A DNA stretch of 64,000 nucleotides from the human T2T-CHM13v2.0 reference genome, Homo sapiens (GCF_009914755.1 NC_060929.1); one strand, 5' to 3'; shown: positions 15,231 through 29,816, counted from the first letter of the stretch. Notes: generated from the letters alone by a model not told the origin. A program made the numbers and translations.

Positions 15231-15887
15231 TTAGTCATAGTATAGGATGAAGGGCATGCAGGAGCAGTGCTGATTCCAGAAAAAAAAAAAAAAAATGGTG
15301 CGCTTCAGAGTTCAGCATTCCCGGAAAAAAGGTCTTTCTGTATTGCTCACTTTATGAAGGATGCTTGAAAGCACATGAAGGAAAAGGAAAGTTATACTTT
15401 CGGATAATGCAGCTGAGAGAGTTACTCCTGGTCTCCCTAGAGCCACAGTCAGACGAACATTCCTCCATGTTTTGTAGTGTCAAGGCCTGAGCATGGTCTT
15501 GTCTTCCCCTCTCTGATTCTGCCTGTGCTCCTTGGCAGCTCTGCTCTGGTCAGGTATGTTCCCATAGGTGGTTCTGTTACAGCACTTCCTCCATGGAGAT
15601 TGTGCCAGGGGCCCATTTCATCAGCCTGATCCCTAGCTTGAAACCCACTCAGAATATGTCACTTCTGAATTTCCACATAGCTTTGGGGTTTAGGAATGTC
15701 AGTTGTTTTTTTTTCCTGTTCTTTCTAGAAATCTATGTTTTAAACCAGAGAGGAATAAGCTATTCACATGCTCTTAAGATTTATTAAAAGTACCATCTGG
15801 TTTTGGTAAATGATTGTGAATGATGAAATCTCCATTAGAACCTGGACTTCACAGTCACAGTGCATACTGATTGGCGGTATGGGAATG

Positions 15888-15908
15888 AGGAGGAGGAGGA
15901 GGAGGAGG
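15888..15908 (+). repeat. (GGA)n microsatellite
   Basis: About 7 GGA units. Confidence 0.85.
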
Positions 15909-16267
15909 CTGAGGACTGAGGCAGGCAGGAGAAGAAAGATGTGAACTCAGCAAATGAAGGGTGCCCCTCCACTGTGCTCTTGTAGCATTCTGTACTTCCC
16001 CCTCCAGGGCACTAACATGGCTGGTTCATTTTTCTGTCTTCCCTTCTGGACTGTGACTCCTTGAAGGTAGTGCCTGACATTTACCAGGTGATCAATAAAT
16101 ATTTACTGGATTAGTGCACCGATGAATAAGAGCTCTGATCTTCAAGTGAAAAAAAATAAAGTGCTGAAACTCACTCTAATCCCCACCCTTAGAATGGAAT
16201 AGATTTGAGAAGGCCATTTGATTTGATACTTACATGCTCAGAGCCATACTTGAATGTTTTGCCCTAA

Positions 16268-16770
16268 CAAGTTTTTCACACCTGACTGCACATTGCAATC
16301 ACCTGAGTATTTTTTTTTTTAAATGATAGAGTCAGCACTCTATCTTCCTTTGCCTGAGATTCTAATTTAATTGGCCTACCATGGGCCACTGGAAATTTAT
16401 ATATAATTTTTTTTTTTTTGAGACAGGGTCTCACTCTGTTGCCCAGGCTGGAGTGGAGGGGTGCGATCTCAGCTCACTGCAATCTCTGCCTCCAGGTTCA
16501 AGTGATTCTTCTCCCTCAGCCTCCTGAGTAGCTGGGACTACAGGCACCCACCACCACATCCAGCTAAGTTTTGTATTTTTAGCAGAGACAGGGTTTTACC
16601 ATGTTGGCCAGGCTAGTCTCGAACTCCTGACCTCAGGTGATCCACCCGCCTCGGCCTCCCAAAGTGCTGGGATTCCAGGCGTGATCCACCGTGTCTGGCC
16701 AAAGTTGATATTAAAAAAAAATAAAACTTCTTAGGTGTTTCTATTGAGCAATGAGTGTTGAAAACCACTG
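16268..16770. mobile_element. MER5A hAT MITE interrupted by an Alu
   Basis: ctgcacattgcaatcacctg...agattctaatttaattgg [Alu] aggtgtttcta...ttgaaaaccactg. Confidence 0.6.
16407..16700 (-). mobile_element. AluSx
   Basis: Full Alu with gaactcctgacctcaggtgatcc. Confidence 0.93.
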
Positions 16771-17722
16771 TTCCATGTGTACCTGGAGCAACTAGTATCT
16801 TATGGCTGACATAGCATGGAAAGGAGTTTTATCCTGCAGAATCTGAGCCTTGTGGGAAAAAGATACCCTCAAACATTTACTCAAAGAAGACAAGGACATT
16901 TCCTGGAAGCCCCACTAGGTCTTGGCTCAGGTGCTCCTCTTAAAAAACTACCCATCTGTGGGACATTGAAGCAGGTGTTTCACTGTTGTCCTAAGAGAGG
17001 TTTGGCATCTTTGCCACATCATCTCTCTCCTCCCAGTGTTCTAGTCTAAGAACAATGGCTTGATAACCCTGAGAAGGAATTTAAATGTGTAGACATAACT
17101 TCCTGGCAGAAATAGCTAAATTGAATATGCTAAGGTTAGGAACAAATGTGTAAGTCTCTCCTGCCCTGAGGATAGAGTTTTGAACTATATTAAAATGCTA
17201 GGATATGCCTGAAAAGTTCTGTGTGTGCAGTCCACAGAACAACAACCAGGGTTGGTTTTCCTAAGCTATTATAATAATGGCTTAAAAAGTTCTATGGCTT
17301 CACTGATTTTTTGAATCTATGTGCCCCTGTGATGGAGTTCGTGCATAAGACTACTCAGGTCTGATTCATTTTTGCTGAATGCTGGGGGAAAAGCAGAAAG
17401 TGGGGGAGATCAACAATATTTTTCTTTTGCTGTTAAACCCTCTGTGTGTCCTTAGCATATCTGTATCTAGCTTGCCATTTCCTTTTCCTTTAATGATTTT
17501 AAAAAATGGATTTGGCCTCACGCCTTTATCCTGTGTCCTTTAAAGAAAAACGAAGGATGTGTACAGCTGTCACTGCCTTGGAGTTTCTAGGTACAGGCAC
17601 AAAATGTGCTTTTCCAGGGTAATTTGCAGAGAAATGGACCTTTACAAACACTAAGCAATATCCCCTACATGAGTGGCTGATAGTTTTATATACAGGAGTT
17701 TTGATTAATTGGTGTCAAGAAC

Positions 17723-18141
17723 TGTGGAAGGTCTGAGATTTTACCCCCTTGCAAGCTAACAAATTAGCCTGTCAGTATTTCATGGATGCTGGCACAAGAC
17801 TGGAGACTCCGGGGTGAGAAACAAAAGGCTTTACTATCCACAGCATTAGCAGGGGCCAGAATATCAGCTATTTCTTGTGCCTTGGTGATGCAAACAGGAC
17901 CAAGTGACACCTGCATAGGCAGTGGGTTGTGTTATAGGAGACAACCTCTGACCTTATGAAACCAGAATCTTTTATACTGGGCAAAGCATACCTGTCCTAT
18001 TATCTGGAGAGCAACACTGTCTCTTCCAAGGCTACTCTCCAAACAAAGATCTTTGAGAAGATACTCTGGAACAAGGACAATCAGTGTCTCTGCTTATAAG
18101 ATACACAGAAATGCCAGCCATGCATAAAGAATTGTAAAACA
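17723..18141 (-). mobile_element. ERVL LTR (LTR47-like)
   Basis: tgtggaaggtctgagattttacccc-ttgcaagctaacaaattagcctg...ttcatggatgctggc matches my recall of the LTR47 terminus. Confidence 0.6.
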
Positions 18142-18261
18142 GGAAGCACATGGAATGTTAATAAAAGTGTGGATAAAGATGAAATCTGAGGGAGATGGCG
18201 AACTTTATAAAATTCCCCAGACCCCATCTCAAATGTAACAAGTGAGTACACAGTTTGCTTA

Positions 18262-18570
18262 TGTATTAGCGAGCATTTGCTATCTAATAGACCATGCCAC
18301 AACTTAGTAGGTCAAAACAACAACCACTTATTTGGCTTAGGATTCTGTGGGTTGGTTGGGTGGTCCTTCTGGTCCTGGCAGGCTCAGCTGATGTCAGTTG
18401 AGCTCATGTGTGCATCAGCTGATGGTTCTGTTGTTGTTAGACTGTCAGTCCAGACAATAGAAACAACTGGCCAAGTGTCTCTCGTTACCCAGTAGGCTGG
18501 CCCAGGCATCTTCACATGCTGACAGTCAAGGGGTTCTCAAGAGCAGCAGGACAGCAATGTGATGTTCAGG
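18262..18570 (-). mobile_element. MaLR LTR (MLT1G/H-like) fragment
   Basis: aacttagt...aaaacaacaaccacttattt...ttctgtgggttgg...gtaggctggcccaggcatcttcacatg. Confidence 0.6.
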
Positions 18571-18607
18571 GAAAACTGGGTATATTTGTTCAAACATGTT
18601 GGTTTGA

Positions 18608-19415
<808 letters not shown>

Positions 19416-20111
19416 ATGGGCCTGGATTAAAGAAAGATAGGGTAGAAAAGAGACTTGAGCATGTGCTCAAAGTTCTGAATGTATTCCTTGGTGCTTCCCT
19501 AGGGACTGCTGAAGAGTAGCTCATTCAGTAAACTAATAATTTTCTAATGTAATAATAACTGTCAAATACAATAATAACATACCCCAATTGTGACCCATGT
19601 GAAAAAGACTAAGGGATGTTGGTGAGACTCTGAAACGCTAAACTTAAAGGGTAGGCGCCAGGAGTGGGTGGATGTGAACAAGCCTTGGGGGACTGTGAAT
19701 TGGTGACATGCCTTTGATTTCACAGGGACTTATTCTCAAGTCTTGGACATACCACTACACTTTCCTTTCCTCTCAGGTTCCTCACCTGTAGGTAATTACT
19801 TCCAATAATAATTTAGCTTAAGTCTTATATGTTGTAAAACGCTGCATCTTCATGCACATATGTATACACATATGCAGAGACACATACATAATACTCTACA
19901 TACATATGTATATGCATCTTCTCAACAAGCCTTTCTGCAGAGGCATTCAGACAAAGGCAACATTTGAAGAACAGAAAACTGAAGTCAGTAATCTTAACTG
20001 ACACAACTTCACATTGCACTTTTTAAGTTTCATTTAAAACTTTGGGTCAGAATGTATACACTAAGGTATTATTTGGACAAGTAACACTTCCTGGGTTCCT
20101 GGGAAGCTTGC

Positions 20112-20498
<387 letters not shown>

Positions 20499-20948
20499 TA
20501 ACAACAGAAAAGCCTTCCTTTCATTCAATATAAGAAATAAGTTTAAAATATAAAATATACTTGGGAGAGTTAAGAAGGTAAGTGACGTGTTCACACCAAG
20601 ACATTTTATTTCAAGCCAATGACAGATTATTCCACTTCTTTTTTAGGTTTTGATGAAATATAGGAATGCCTGCTTAAAGGGCTCAGTAGACAGGAGGGAC
20701 CACCACTATTTGAAGAGATGAGAGTTGAAAGATGGTAGAAGACTGAAGAGGGGTATTGATGCTTGGTAGTTTGGTTGAGAGCTGGCCCAACCAACCTACA
20801 ATACAGAAGTTTCAAGAAGTTCTGTTGACTTGTGCTTTTTAAAAATCCTTCTTAAGAAAACAATCATAGTTATATGTTTGGCTAGTCAAGTCCATGCCAT
20901 TATAATGAGTTTGCATCAGATTTATTTGAGTGTGTTAAAAGGGAAACA

Positions 20949-21291
20949 GGCTGGGCATGGTAATCCTAACACTTTGGGAAACTGTAATTCCAGCACCTGT
21001 AATCCCAGCACTTTGGGAGGTTGAGACAGGAGGATTGCACAAGCCCAGGAGTTTGAGACCAGCCTGAGCAACATAGTGAGACCCCATCTTTACAAAAAAT
21101 AAAAATAATTAGCTGGGTGTGGTAGTGTGTTCTTGTATTCCCCACTATTTGGGAGGTTGAGGCAGGAGGATCACTTGAGTCTGGGAGGTTGAGGCTGCAG
21201 TGAGCCGTGATTGCACCACTGCACTCCAGTCTGGGTGACAGAGCAAGACCCTGCCTCAAAAAAAAAAAAAAAAGAAAAAAATTTTTTTACA
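20949..21291 (+). mobile_element. AluJ with reiterated 5' segment
   Basis: Dimeric Alu whose head motif TAATCCYARCAC occurs three times. Confidence 0.9.
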
Positions 21292-21659
21292 AGAGGAAAA
21301 TTGATCATGATCATATTTCTTCCTTTTCCAGCTATAACTCCCGGAAATAGGTATAAACAAATGCTGGTGTGTGGGACTTTTTGGCAAAATCATCCCAGGA
21401 TTTCCTCAGGAGACAGGAAAAGACTTGAAGTCCTAAAAATGTATCTTTAGGGCAAAATAAACCCACGCCAGTTGGGTGTGGCCATCAACACTCCCAGAGG
21501 CGGAGTCTGCATTTTAGCAATGGTAGCGGGCCTGCTCCATGAGTATCTGATGAGATAGCTCCTTGGAAAGTGGGTTGTGAACCATAAAACACCACATCTG
21601 TTGCGTTATTAGGTGAAAGCCTATTGGAAAATCATGGGGAAATATTTTTTCACAATTGC

Positions 21660-21812
21660 AGCTTCTGGCTTGGTGAACACACGGAAGTGCTGCCAGGGGG
21701 CCCCGGGAGGGCATGGGGACTCCGTGCCCCAACCCCACTTCCGTGCCCTGCACATCTCTTCCACTCAACTATTCCTAAGTTGTATCCTTTATCATAACCC
21801 AGTAAACATAAC
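21660..21812 (+). mobile_element. MER21-family LTR fragment
   Basis: gcttctggcttggtgaacac...agggcatgggga-ctcc...catctcttcca...ttcctaagttgtatcctttatcataa. Confidence 0.65.
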
Positions 21813-22797
21813 TGAAAAAAATCAAAAGTGAAACTACTTAAAGCAAGATTTAAAAACATCTAAATGCTGAAGTGATTAGAAAGGGTTTCAGTTCTTGATA
21901 AAAAACAAAGTTCAGGAGTGTTCCTCAAAATGGAAAAGAACTGTAAAAGCCACTAACTCTTCTCTGAAGTTTAAAGTAGACCAGATGACTCAGGGCTTTT
22001 ATTAGAAAAGTTTTTGCACAATAGCTGTTTCACCTTTTGGTGAAACAGCTGAAACTCAGGCAGAAATGCTAAGGAAAAGCTAAAGTCCTACTTCAATTTA
22101 TTTAAACTGCCAGTTAGCAGGAGCCTAATGTATGCAAGTCAAACCCACTGCCGTCTTCCTGGCCCCGGGTCCTGACTCCTAAAGTGGCCACAGGAGACCC
22201 TGGCCTTAGAAAGAAATCTCTCCTGACCTCTCTAAGGATTATGCCGGGTTTGCCTGCCCCACTCTTCCCCCAGCAGAGGGTGAGAGAGCCTCTGACCATT
22301 CTTAAAGGCCGCCCTCCTTCACAAAGCTCCGGGACTTTCGAGTAGACAGGTCATGGTGGGGAGTGCTGGGGAGCTCCTGCTGTTTAATTTGGTTTGACTA
22401 ACAGAAAGTGTACGCAGAGTGGCCCTCTTACCTCCAAGTGGCTCTGGTGTGCTCAGTCCCCAAGTTTCCTATTTATGTTAGTAAAATTTTTGGTACTCTG
22501 AGTCCCTTTGGTTTGTGGTCATTGGAAGAGACAGAGGTTGACCCCTTTGTTCACCCTCATCCTGGACAGCATCTGGATGGGTCTTGCCCTCCTGCCTTAC
22601 TGAGTCCAGTGCTAGGGGAGAGGACACAGCAGGCCCCTGCCCCTGAAGGAGACTGCATTGGAATTTTTGCCAGGTGGCCCTGACACATAGGAATGCCCAA
22701 CTACTGTGACTACCCTCTGAGATAAAAAGCTGTCCTACTGATTTTAGAAGGCCAAAATTAGAGGTCATTTTGGAGGTCATGCCAGTGGACATATAAC

Positions 22798-23375
22798 AGT
22801 TTGAAATGCTTGTTCCCCGGTGCCGTAAAGAAATAGTACTTGAACTTAAATTTATTCAGCAAGGCCATTTTTATTTTCTGCAGAAAGGGTACACTTGGCA
22901 GCAGTTTTGCCACGAGAGTACCCCGAACAAAGGAGACAGGGTCATTTATAACCTGACGCGTCCACCCTTCTGCTGTGTCCGGTTTCCATTGGCTGGAACA
23001 GGACCTCACATTCTGTATTTGTCCCGATTGGCTAGCAACTTAGAACTTATTAAAAGAGGCAAAGCTAGAGGAGAAAAAAGGAAGGAGGAAGTAACTTGTG
23101 GAATGCTGAGAAAGGTAAAAACACCTTTAAATAAGGAAGAGAAACAGGCTATGAACTAATGCCTGCTTGGACCAGTATAAGCATGCCAGGGCAAATATTT
23201 AGGCTAAATTGTGGGAGCTAAGAACATAAAGTATATTGGTTTTCTTATTACGACTAGCAGATATTTAAGAATGTTAGCACAGGTTTTTGAATAAATTTTG
23301 CTTCTAAGAGAAGTTATTATTTATTCCTAATTAAATGGAGAGGAAAGTCTTTGAAGAGGAACCTCTATTTTTACA
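22798..23375 (-). mobile_element. HERV-I-class solo LTR (LTR10C-like)
   Basis: Reverse complement begins TGTAAAAA-TAGAGGTTCCTCTTCAAAGACTTTCC and ends GGCACCGGGGAACAAGCATTTCAAAC. Two CCAAT boxes and a TATA on the minus strand. Flanks TATAAC/TAGAAC. Confidence 0.8.
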
Positions 23376-23591
23376 TAGAACCTTGCCTGGTAGCGCAAAC
23401 TAGAATCAAGGAGTCACAGAGAGTTAGAACTGGAAGAACCTGAGTGATCTGTCTCCCAGCCCAATTTCTTCCCGTACCAGTGTGGAGATGGAGAGTGAAA
23501 GTGACCCATCCTGGGCTGCCCAGCCAGCGGAGTTAACACAAGAACCTGGGGTTTCATCCTGCCAGTTGAGGTTGCATTGTATATGTTTGTT

Positions 23592-23599
<8 letters not shown>

Positions 23600-23622
<23 letters not shown>

Positions 23623-23879
23623 TTTTGAGACAGGGTCTAGCTCTGTCAGGCTGGACGGAATATAGTGGCATGATCTTGGCTTGCTGCAACCTCTGCCTCT
23701 TGGGCTTAAGTGTCCTCCCATCTCAGCCTTCCGAGTAGCTGGGACTACAGGTGCACACCACCATGTATTTTTTTGTATTTTTTGTAGAGATGGGGTTTCG
23801 CCGTGTTGCCCATGCTGGCCTCAAATGCCTCAGCCTCCCAAAGTGTTGGGATTACAGGTGTGAGCCACTGCACCTGGCC
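23600..23879 (-). mobile_element. AluJ
   Basis: Long poly(T) and TSD TTTCCATTCTT on both sides. Confidence 0.9.
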
Positions 23880-23969
23880 TGCTTTCCATTCTTACCTCTG
23901 TGTTAATGACACAGCATTTTCAAGACAGTTTTGTTCCTATTCTTTACCCTCTGCAAAGGGTGTTCTTGA

Positions 23970-23994
23970 TACACAGACACACACACACACACAC
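23970..23994 (+). repeat. (CA)n microsatellite
   Basis: acacagacacacacacacacacac. Confidence 0.85.
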
Positions 23995-26504
23995 TTATAT
24001 GTTTTAGGCAATTGCAGATATTTGCTTCTAGTCCAGGGTGCCAGTTACAGAGGTCCCCATATCTGCTGCTTTGAGGCTAATGCTGAGCTGTGGGATTATT
24101 CTTTTCATGAGCCCCCTGGCTCTGCTGCTTGGTTGCAGGGCTGGCTCAGATGACTAAGAACACAGGACCACAGGAGCAATGGTCCAGTGAGGTATGCAGT
24201 GGAGCTCTGGCTCCACCAGCCTCACAGCATGAAATTAAGACGTCATCTCTGGTCTTTGCTGAAGAAGATCATATCTACTAGTACTGTGCTCTCTTTGCAT
24301 GCCAGAGATTTGACCAGGTGATGTAAATAGAGGATGTCAAGCTCCTCCATTGTAGATTAAGCCTATAAAGTATTCTTACTGGTGAATTTGCCTTAGCCTC
24401 CTGTGATAGCAGTTTATTTATATACCTCATAGAAACTGAAATCCAGTCAAAGAAATGACCTAAGAGACTTGTTTCTTTAGATAGGTAATCCAGACAATAA
24501 CTACTATTGCCTGGGATTTATGATGTGCTTTTTCTTCCAAGAGCCCTGTGTGCTTTCAAAGCAGCCCATTCATCTTCAAGCACCCCTGAGAGGGATAACT
24601 GTCAACAGACTGTTTTCTGCAGGAGGATGTAAAGCAAAGATATGCTGTCTAAAATCACAGGAGGTCGTCCACAGACAAGTGTCTGGAGCTCTGCACACCT
24701 GGCCCAAAATACACTTGAGCAGGTGATGTTGACTTTAAGATGGCTTCATATTGAATGGGATTTGCAAACACATGTAAGGCCATGGGCGCTGCAGGCCCTT
24801 GGTGGTTGATCATAGTGTTCTTTCCTGTTGAGTCAGTTTGCAGACTCAGAATCCTTCCCAGCAGTGCTCTACAAGTAGTCACTTCACTTGGTGTTAGCAA
24901 GCAGATTAGATCCTCTGTCATTTGTGAGCAGAAGTTGGTCTAAAATGCTAAGCAGCATTTGTCTTCTGCCTGAAGTCTTCATCAAAATCCCAAAGTGGCT
25001 GTTGAAAGGTGACATCATTCTGACCTTAAAATGCAATAAGGTTAGCTGTCATTTGACTTTACACTGAAAATTGAGGTGGAAAATAGGATAATATAAGAAT
25101 CAGTGGCCCCTAAGGAGCAGGATTTTGGAGAGTTAAGAACCTGGGGTTTCATCTTGCCAATTTCAGGATTCTCTGTCATCACCTGGTTGAGGCTGTGAGC
25201 TCAGGATTGAGGTGAGACCTATCATTTGTCTTTGTCAACTCAGCTATTTTCTGTTGTTATGGTTAAAGATACTTTCGGTTGTATGTGAAGGCCAGGTCCT
25301 TTGTGTTCACTTTCAGTGTTGGGCTAAAGCTGTAAAAAATCATCAAAATTAATAAAAGTAGCGGATCAGTCTGGAGCCCGCAGAGGTCCATGCAGACTGG
25401 AAAATCCAGGAAGAGTAACTGTCCCCTTCTGCACTTCAGGAAGGGAAGGAGTAATTTTTTTTTCAATTTCAAGAAGAGGAAAGCTCAAGATTTGCTCAAC
25501 TCAAGGATATAATTAGCTAACAAGGTTTTTTTGAGAGAAGCAAGTTTGCCTTTAACAGATTTTGTATCCCCAAATTTGGAAGATGACAGAAGAAACTCAA
25601 GATCATTTGAAGATAACTAATTATAACAGTTTCACCTTTGAATTGACACTAAATGGGTGGCAGAGGTGGAAACACCCTTGTAACTTCAATATTTTCAGGT
25701 CTATAAAATGGAGAAACGGGGATGGACATATTTTTAGCATTTAGCATGTTGACAGCCACTGATTTTAAAATAAGTGCAGATTGCAAAGCCCACTGATTTC
25801 ATGATGTCTAAGACAAGAGCTTTTTGAGCTATCTAAACAGCCTTTGGCTTTCCTTAGGGCTGCCCTAGGTAGAACTGCCAAGGAAATTAAGCTTTCCACT
25901 CTGGTGTTGATGCACTAATCCCTGCAAACATTCTGTGAATATTTTTCCATCCTAGGCCATCCATTTTCCCACCCTGTCCCCTGGTCTCCAGAAAGGTGGC
26001 CCACCAGGAGCCAACTCTTACTTCATAGCTCCTCTGTGGTCCCACCTCTTCTCTCTTCTAGTCTTCCCTGTCTAGACCTGCTGTCCACACTAACTCACTG
26101 ATGCTCATGTTCCATTGTTGTGGGTTCTTGGATTACTGTGTCACCATGGATGGTTGTTGTGTTACCACCTCCCAAGCAGAATGGATACATGTTAACCCAG
26201 GACTTCTGCAGACACATGAGTGGAAAGGGTCTGCACTGTAGAAGCTGTGGAGAGGGGGTAGATTGAGGACTTCTCCAATTGTTGACCATTGCCCTTGTAC
26301 TTCACCAGTACTGGCCAGTCTCCCCTGCTCCTTTTGGTCCAGACTATCACTCACACTTCCCAGGCACAGGGATCCATAATAAGTACTGCCTGTCTATACC
26401 TATGTATTGGAGAAAGCTGGAAACAATCACCTGTGGGCTCTTGTGCTTTGTCATTTCATAGTAAACCACTGGAGGCGGTTATGCTCATATGTGCTCATGA
26501 GAAC

Positions 26505-26759
<255 letters not shown>

Positions 26760-26763
26760 TGAT

Positions 26764-26913
26764 CCTAGCACCTCCTGAGGGAGCATGGCCTTGCTGGTAC
26801 CTTGCTTTTGTTCCAGTGAAACTGATTTTGGACTTCCAGTCTCCAGAATATCACAATAAATTTTGGTTATTTAAGTTTGAGGCCATTTGTCCAGCAGCTA
26901 CAGGAAATTAGTG
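26764..26913 (+). mobile_element. MLT1 (MLT1C/D-like) 3' fragment
   Basis: cctcctgagggagcatggccttgc...gtgaaactgattttggacttccagtctccagaa...aataaattt...gcagctacaggaaatta. Confidence 0.7.
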
Positions 26914-27149
26914 TCTACCCCCACCTACGGCCATCGGATTATTACTACCCTTCACAGGAAACAGGTTCAGTGGAGTCAAGTCACCTACTTCAGTCACTGC
27001 TTCAGGATTCATCTGAGGAACTCTGGAAGAAGCTTGTGAAGCAGCTGGTAGCAAGCAGAATATCCCGTCCTTACGCAGGTGTCTGTTTTTCATTTCTGCT
27101 GTTTTCCAGGCTTGCGTTAGCTCCATGGGTTCTTTGCTGCAGCTGAAGT

Positions 27150-28600
27150 TTGTGTACTTGGAGCTGGCACCAAATGCCTATAAAGTCATGATGATGAAGA
27201 ACTTGGCCTCAAGTTGTGTAATCAGAACACACACATTCTTTCAGTTCCTTGGGTAGACTTAGTTCTTCTCCCATTCCCATAAAAGACTTATGGCAGTCCC
27301 TTAACTTTTAAGGCCACTTTTAGGTCATAAAAATTCTGCCATCTGTGATTAATATATGTAGTTCAGGCATAATGGCTGACTTTAAACCATGTGTATATAT
27401 ATATATAGTTTTTTTTTTTTTTCTGAGACAAAGTCTCTCTGTCACCCAGGCTACAGTGCAGTGGCACCATCTAGGCTCACTGCAACCTCTGCCTCCCAGG
27501 TTCAAGTGATTCTCCTGTCTGAGCCTCCCAAGTAGCTGGGACTACGGGCATGTACCACCACACCCGGCTTTTTGTATTTTCAGTAGAGATGGGGTTTCAC
27601 CATGTTGGCCAGGCTGGTCTGGAACTCCTAGCCTCAAGTGACCACCTGCCTCGGGCTCCCAAAGTTCTGGGGTTACAGGCGTGAGCCACCGCACCCTGCC
27701 AGAAACTTATATTTCAAGCTGCTCTTTCTCCCTGCGAAGACCCACTGGAGCCTGGTGGCTTGCGTCGGGCTGCTCTTTCACCCTTTCCCAGCCTAGCAGT
27801 TTTATTATTTCTCTTCCATCTTGCCGGCCTCATTATGACACTCCAGGGCAGCAGCAGGGAGTAGGAGAAGGGAAAAGGCCAGGAAAGTTCTTCCTTGACT
27901 GATACTGTCAGGTGCTGACATTTTGTTTCCAGGTCTGGCAGGTGTTTAAAGCTGGCTCTTTCCTCATTTGCACTTCTGTAGTTTCTTCAGGCCCCCACCC
28001 CTTCGCTTCCTACCTCCTTCCACTCATGCCAATGGCTAGCTCTCTCTCACCTGCAGTTTCTCTTAGTGGGGGTCATGCTTCCACTGTGCGCAGTTACTTC
28101 CTCATGCTCAGCCCCAGGCCTCTGGTGGTACTCTGGTATCTTTCCTCTTAGGACTAGTTGCCCCTCCAGGCAGCTGTCTTGGAGGAAATCCAAGAAGGCC
28201 CCCCATCGGCTCCCTCACAAGAGTGGCCACATCTAGTTCATGAGAATGTACTCAGGCATCCTTGCATCCAGAGCCCAAAGCCATCCTTCATTCTTTGCTC
28301 CACCACTGAAGCAGATACCCAGCCAGATTGTTTTATGTGGGCGTCACAGGGTCCCCTACACTCAGAGGACACATGTCAGATTCTGAGTGGTCCTGTTGTG
28401 GCTCCTTTTCTTAGGTTTGAGAAGCCCCTGTGGGGCCATTTGAACTCAGTATACCAGTAGGTCTCTCATAAATACTCCTAATTCCAACCTCCATCCTCTT
28501 ATGTGAGAGAAGAGTAGGTGTGAAATGGAAGACGGGATCAAGGGTGGGAGTTCCAAAATGGATTTTGATCACTTCTAATATAAATCCTACACCATGATGT
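27150..28600 (-). mobile_element. Ancient ERV LTR (LTR78/79-like), interrupted by an Alu
   Basis: Motifs gccatctgtgattaata and cttgactgatactgt...ctggcaggtgtttaaagctggctct. Boundaries approximate. Confidence 0.4.
27409..27700 (-). mobile_element. AluS
   Basis: Full Alu preceded by (TA)n and poly(T). Confidence 0.92.
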
Positions 28601-28617
28601 TCTCACATTCACTTTAG

Positions 28618-28968
<351 letters not shown>

Positions 28969-29816
28969 CTCCGCTAGAACTTCTATTGCACATCTTCTCA
29001 CATGTCTATTTACCAGAGAAGCCAAACACTAGGGCCATTGCTCACCTGTAAAGGTAGTCTATTGTATTCCTTTTGGAGTCTAGGAAAAATCCCATTCCTT
29101 GAAAGCTTGCCTTAGTAATGCCGTAGCCCTCTAGTAAAGGTCTGTGCCCAGACCTTGCTCTGGAAATGTGCCCTCAGCACACGGTTGAAATTCAATAAAT
29201 GGAAAGTAATATTAACACATAAAATAAGGATCTCATCAAAGAAGAACAAAGAGCTGCTGTGTGCTTTGTGTACCTACCCTTGTGGGGGAGTCTACAGAGT
29301 ATCCCAGTGAAGAACCCCAAGGATTCTGCTTAGAGCTAGAATGGAGCTGTTGAGTTCTGGAACTGAGAGCTTATGGCTTCTGCTTAGTAGGTAAACTTTC
29401 CTCTCTTCACTTGCATATGAGTTGGGCAGAACTGACTGCTTTGCATGTGTTTGAAAAGCACCATGAAAATGCTATTGATGGAGTCTTTGTGCTTGGCCTG
29501 GTGGGTTAACTGAAAACTGATCAGAGCACCAAAGTTAATTGAACTCAATTGTTAATAATAGTTAATAGGACAGATGGTTGGTGACAGAACAGACTTGCTG
29601 ATCATTACTTTGTGCTCACTTGGCAAAATAATGTGAAAAAAAACTCATATCTCAACTGGCAAATAGTGCCTTTATGCATTCATATACAAATGCTTCCTGG
29701 GAGAAGATATAAGATACTACTGTTTTTATAAAGATGACTTTTCTCCTGATGTGGAACCAGGAAGATGACCTCCATCACCAAGTTAAGCCATTCTGACCTT
29801 AAAGGAACTGGCCCAT

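Noticed and set aside
15279-15295. Isolated poly(A) run as a retrocopy tail
   Set aside because: No TSD, poly(A) signal or recognisable body
19850-19918. Inverted repeat in ATGCACATATGTAT...ATACATATGTATATGCAT
   Set aside because: Low-complexity alternating purine/pyrimidine sequence is self-complementary by composition
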